The translations under genes were made by a program, and so were the position numbers. A DNA stretch of 64,000 nt from a virus (lineage: Duplodnaviria > Heunggongvirae > Uroviricota > Caudoviricetes): the IMG/VR virus record IMGVR_UViG_3300017655_000275; one strand, 5' to 3'. The notes under the pieces were generated by a model. The model was not told the origin of the DNA. It worked only from the letters and a program-made list of their open reading frames with translations, and ran no database searches. The first letter of the stretch is position 1. Every line of letters starts with the position of its first letter. Below, in pieces: positions 63,563-64,000 of the stretch.

Positions 63563-64000
63563 TCAACGCTTGTTGCCCAGAAGTCTCAGCAGGGTCAGGA
63601 AGAGGTTGACGAAATCCAGGTAGAGGGTCAGTGCGCTCATCACCGCGACCTTCCGCAAACTCTCATCACCACGGCCCGCAAGCTGCAGATACTCACCCTT
63701 GATCTTCTGGGTATCATAAGCCGTCAATCCGGCGAAAATCAGGACACCGAGCACCGAAAGCGTAAGGTCGAGGGCTGTAGACTGAACGAAGATGTTCACC
63801 ACCATCGCGATGATGAGGCCAAATAGACCCATGATCAGGAAAGCTCCCACGGCGGAGAGATCCCTTTTCGTCGTGTAGCCAAAAAGCGACAGTCCGGCGA
63901 AAGCCGCGGATGTGACGAGGAAGGTCTGGACGATTGATCCTGTCGTGTAGACGGCAAAGATCGTGCTCATCGACAACCCCATCAATGCGGCGAAGAGATG
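63563..64000 (-). CDS. Bax-inhibitor-1/YccA-family membrane protein, partial (N-terminus beyond the window end)
   Basis: Multi-TM C-terminal region ending LRLLGNKR. The ORF runs off the right edge. Confidence 0.6.
   Translation of the reverse strand, partial: HLFAALMGLSMSTIFAVYTTGSIVQTFLVTSAAFAGLSLFGYTTKRDLSAVGAFLIMGLFGLIIAMVVNIFVQSTALDLTLSVLGVLIFAGLTAYDTQKIKGEYLQLAGRGDESLRKVAVMSALTLYLDFVNLFLTLLRLLGNKR

Noticed and set aside
1-64000. CRISPR arrays, rRNA genes, integrase/recombinase genes, conjugation (T4SS) genes, phage structural genes
   Set aside because: No direct-repeat arrays or rRNA-like conserved segments were seen. No ORF shows the R..H..R..Y recombinase, relaxase, VirB/VirD4 or capsid/terminase signatures.

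Overview
This 64 kb window is GC-rich and looks alphaproteobacterial. Conserved housekeeping genes sit only at the right edge: tyrS at 61968-63209 and a partial Bax-inhibitor/YccA-family gene at 63563-64000. Almost everything else is accessory DNA. From left to right it contains:
- an IS200/IS605 element at the window start (partial tnpB plus divergent tnpA);
- a GHKL-ATPase/SprT-like fusion operon (1736-4140);
- a tRNA 3'-end fragment at 4301-4337 that looks like an att remnant;
- kptA, a secreted thermonuclease and a pseudopilin-like gene;
- a nine-gene plus-strand operon centred on ADP-ribose chemistry (8964-13931): a Macro-DprA/SLOG fusion, a Tpt1/PARP-like ART-fold protein and a NUDIX-NrtR protein;
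- an MmeI-like Type IIL restriction-modification enzyme that ends an eight-gene minus-strand array containing an AbiEii/DUF1814 nucleotidyltransferase (14215-21499);
- a phage-like VRR-NUC/SNF2-helicase/phosphoesterase module (22646-25440);
- an N-truncated solo TnpB remnant (25459-26253);
- a ParB-like + Pol-beta nucleotidyltransferase pair (26984-28289);
- a PAPS-reductase-like + SAM-methyltransferase pair (31811-33555);
- an intact IS3-family element inserted into a DUF4258 toxin-like gene (43572-44790);
- a long minus-strand, phage-like accessory array carrying an orphan luxI, a MazG-like gene, an ASCH gene and a second Tpt1-like gene (46024-52430);
- two SPFH proteins, a PLD/HKD nuclease-like gene, and an HD/metallophosphoesterase pair next to tyrS.
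No integrase, phage structural genes, conjugation genes, rRNA, intact tRNA or CRISPR array were seen. A TGCGAAAA 8-mer recurs roughly 25-30 nt upstream of many start codons and may be a shared promoter or operator element. Every call is from reading the sequence by eye: protein families are assigned from recognisable motifs, and many gene starts are adjusted from the ORF track using Shine-Dalgarno sequences and overlaps. Nothing was searched against a database.
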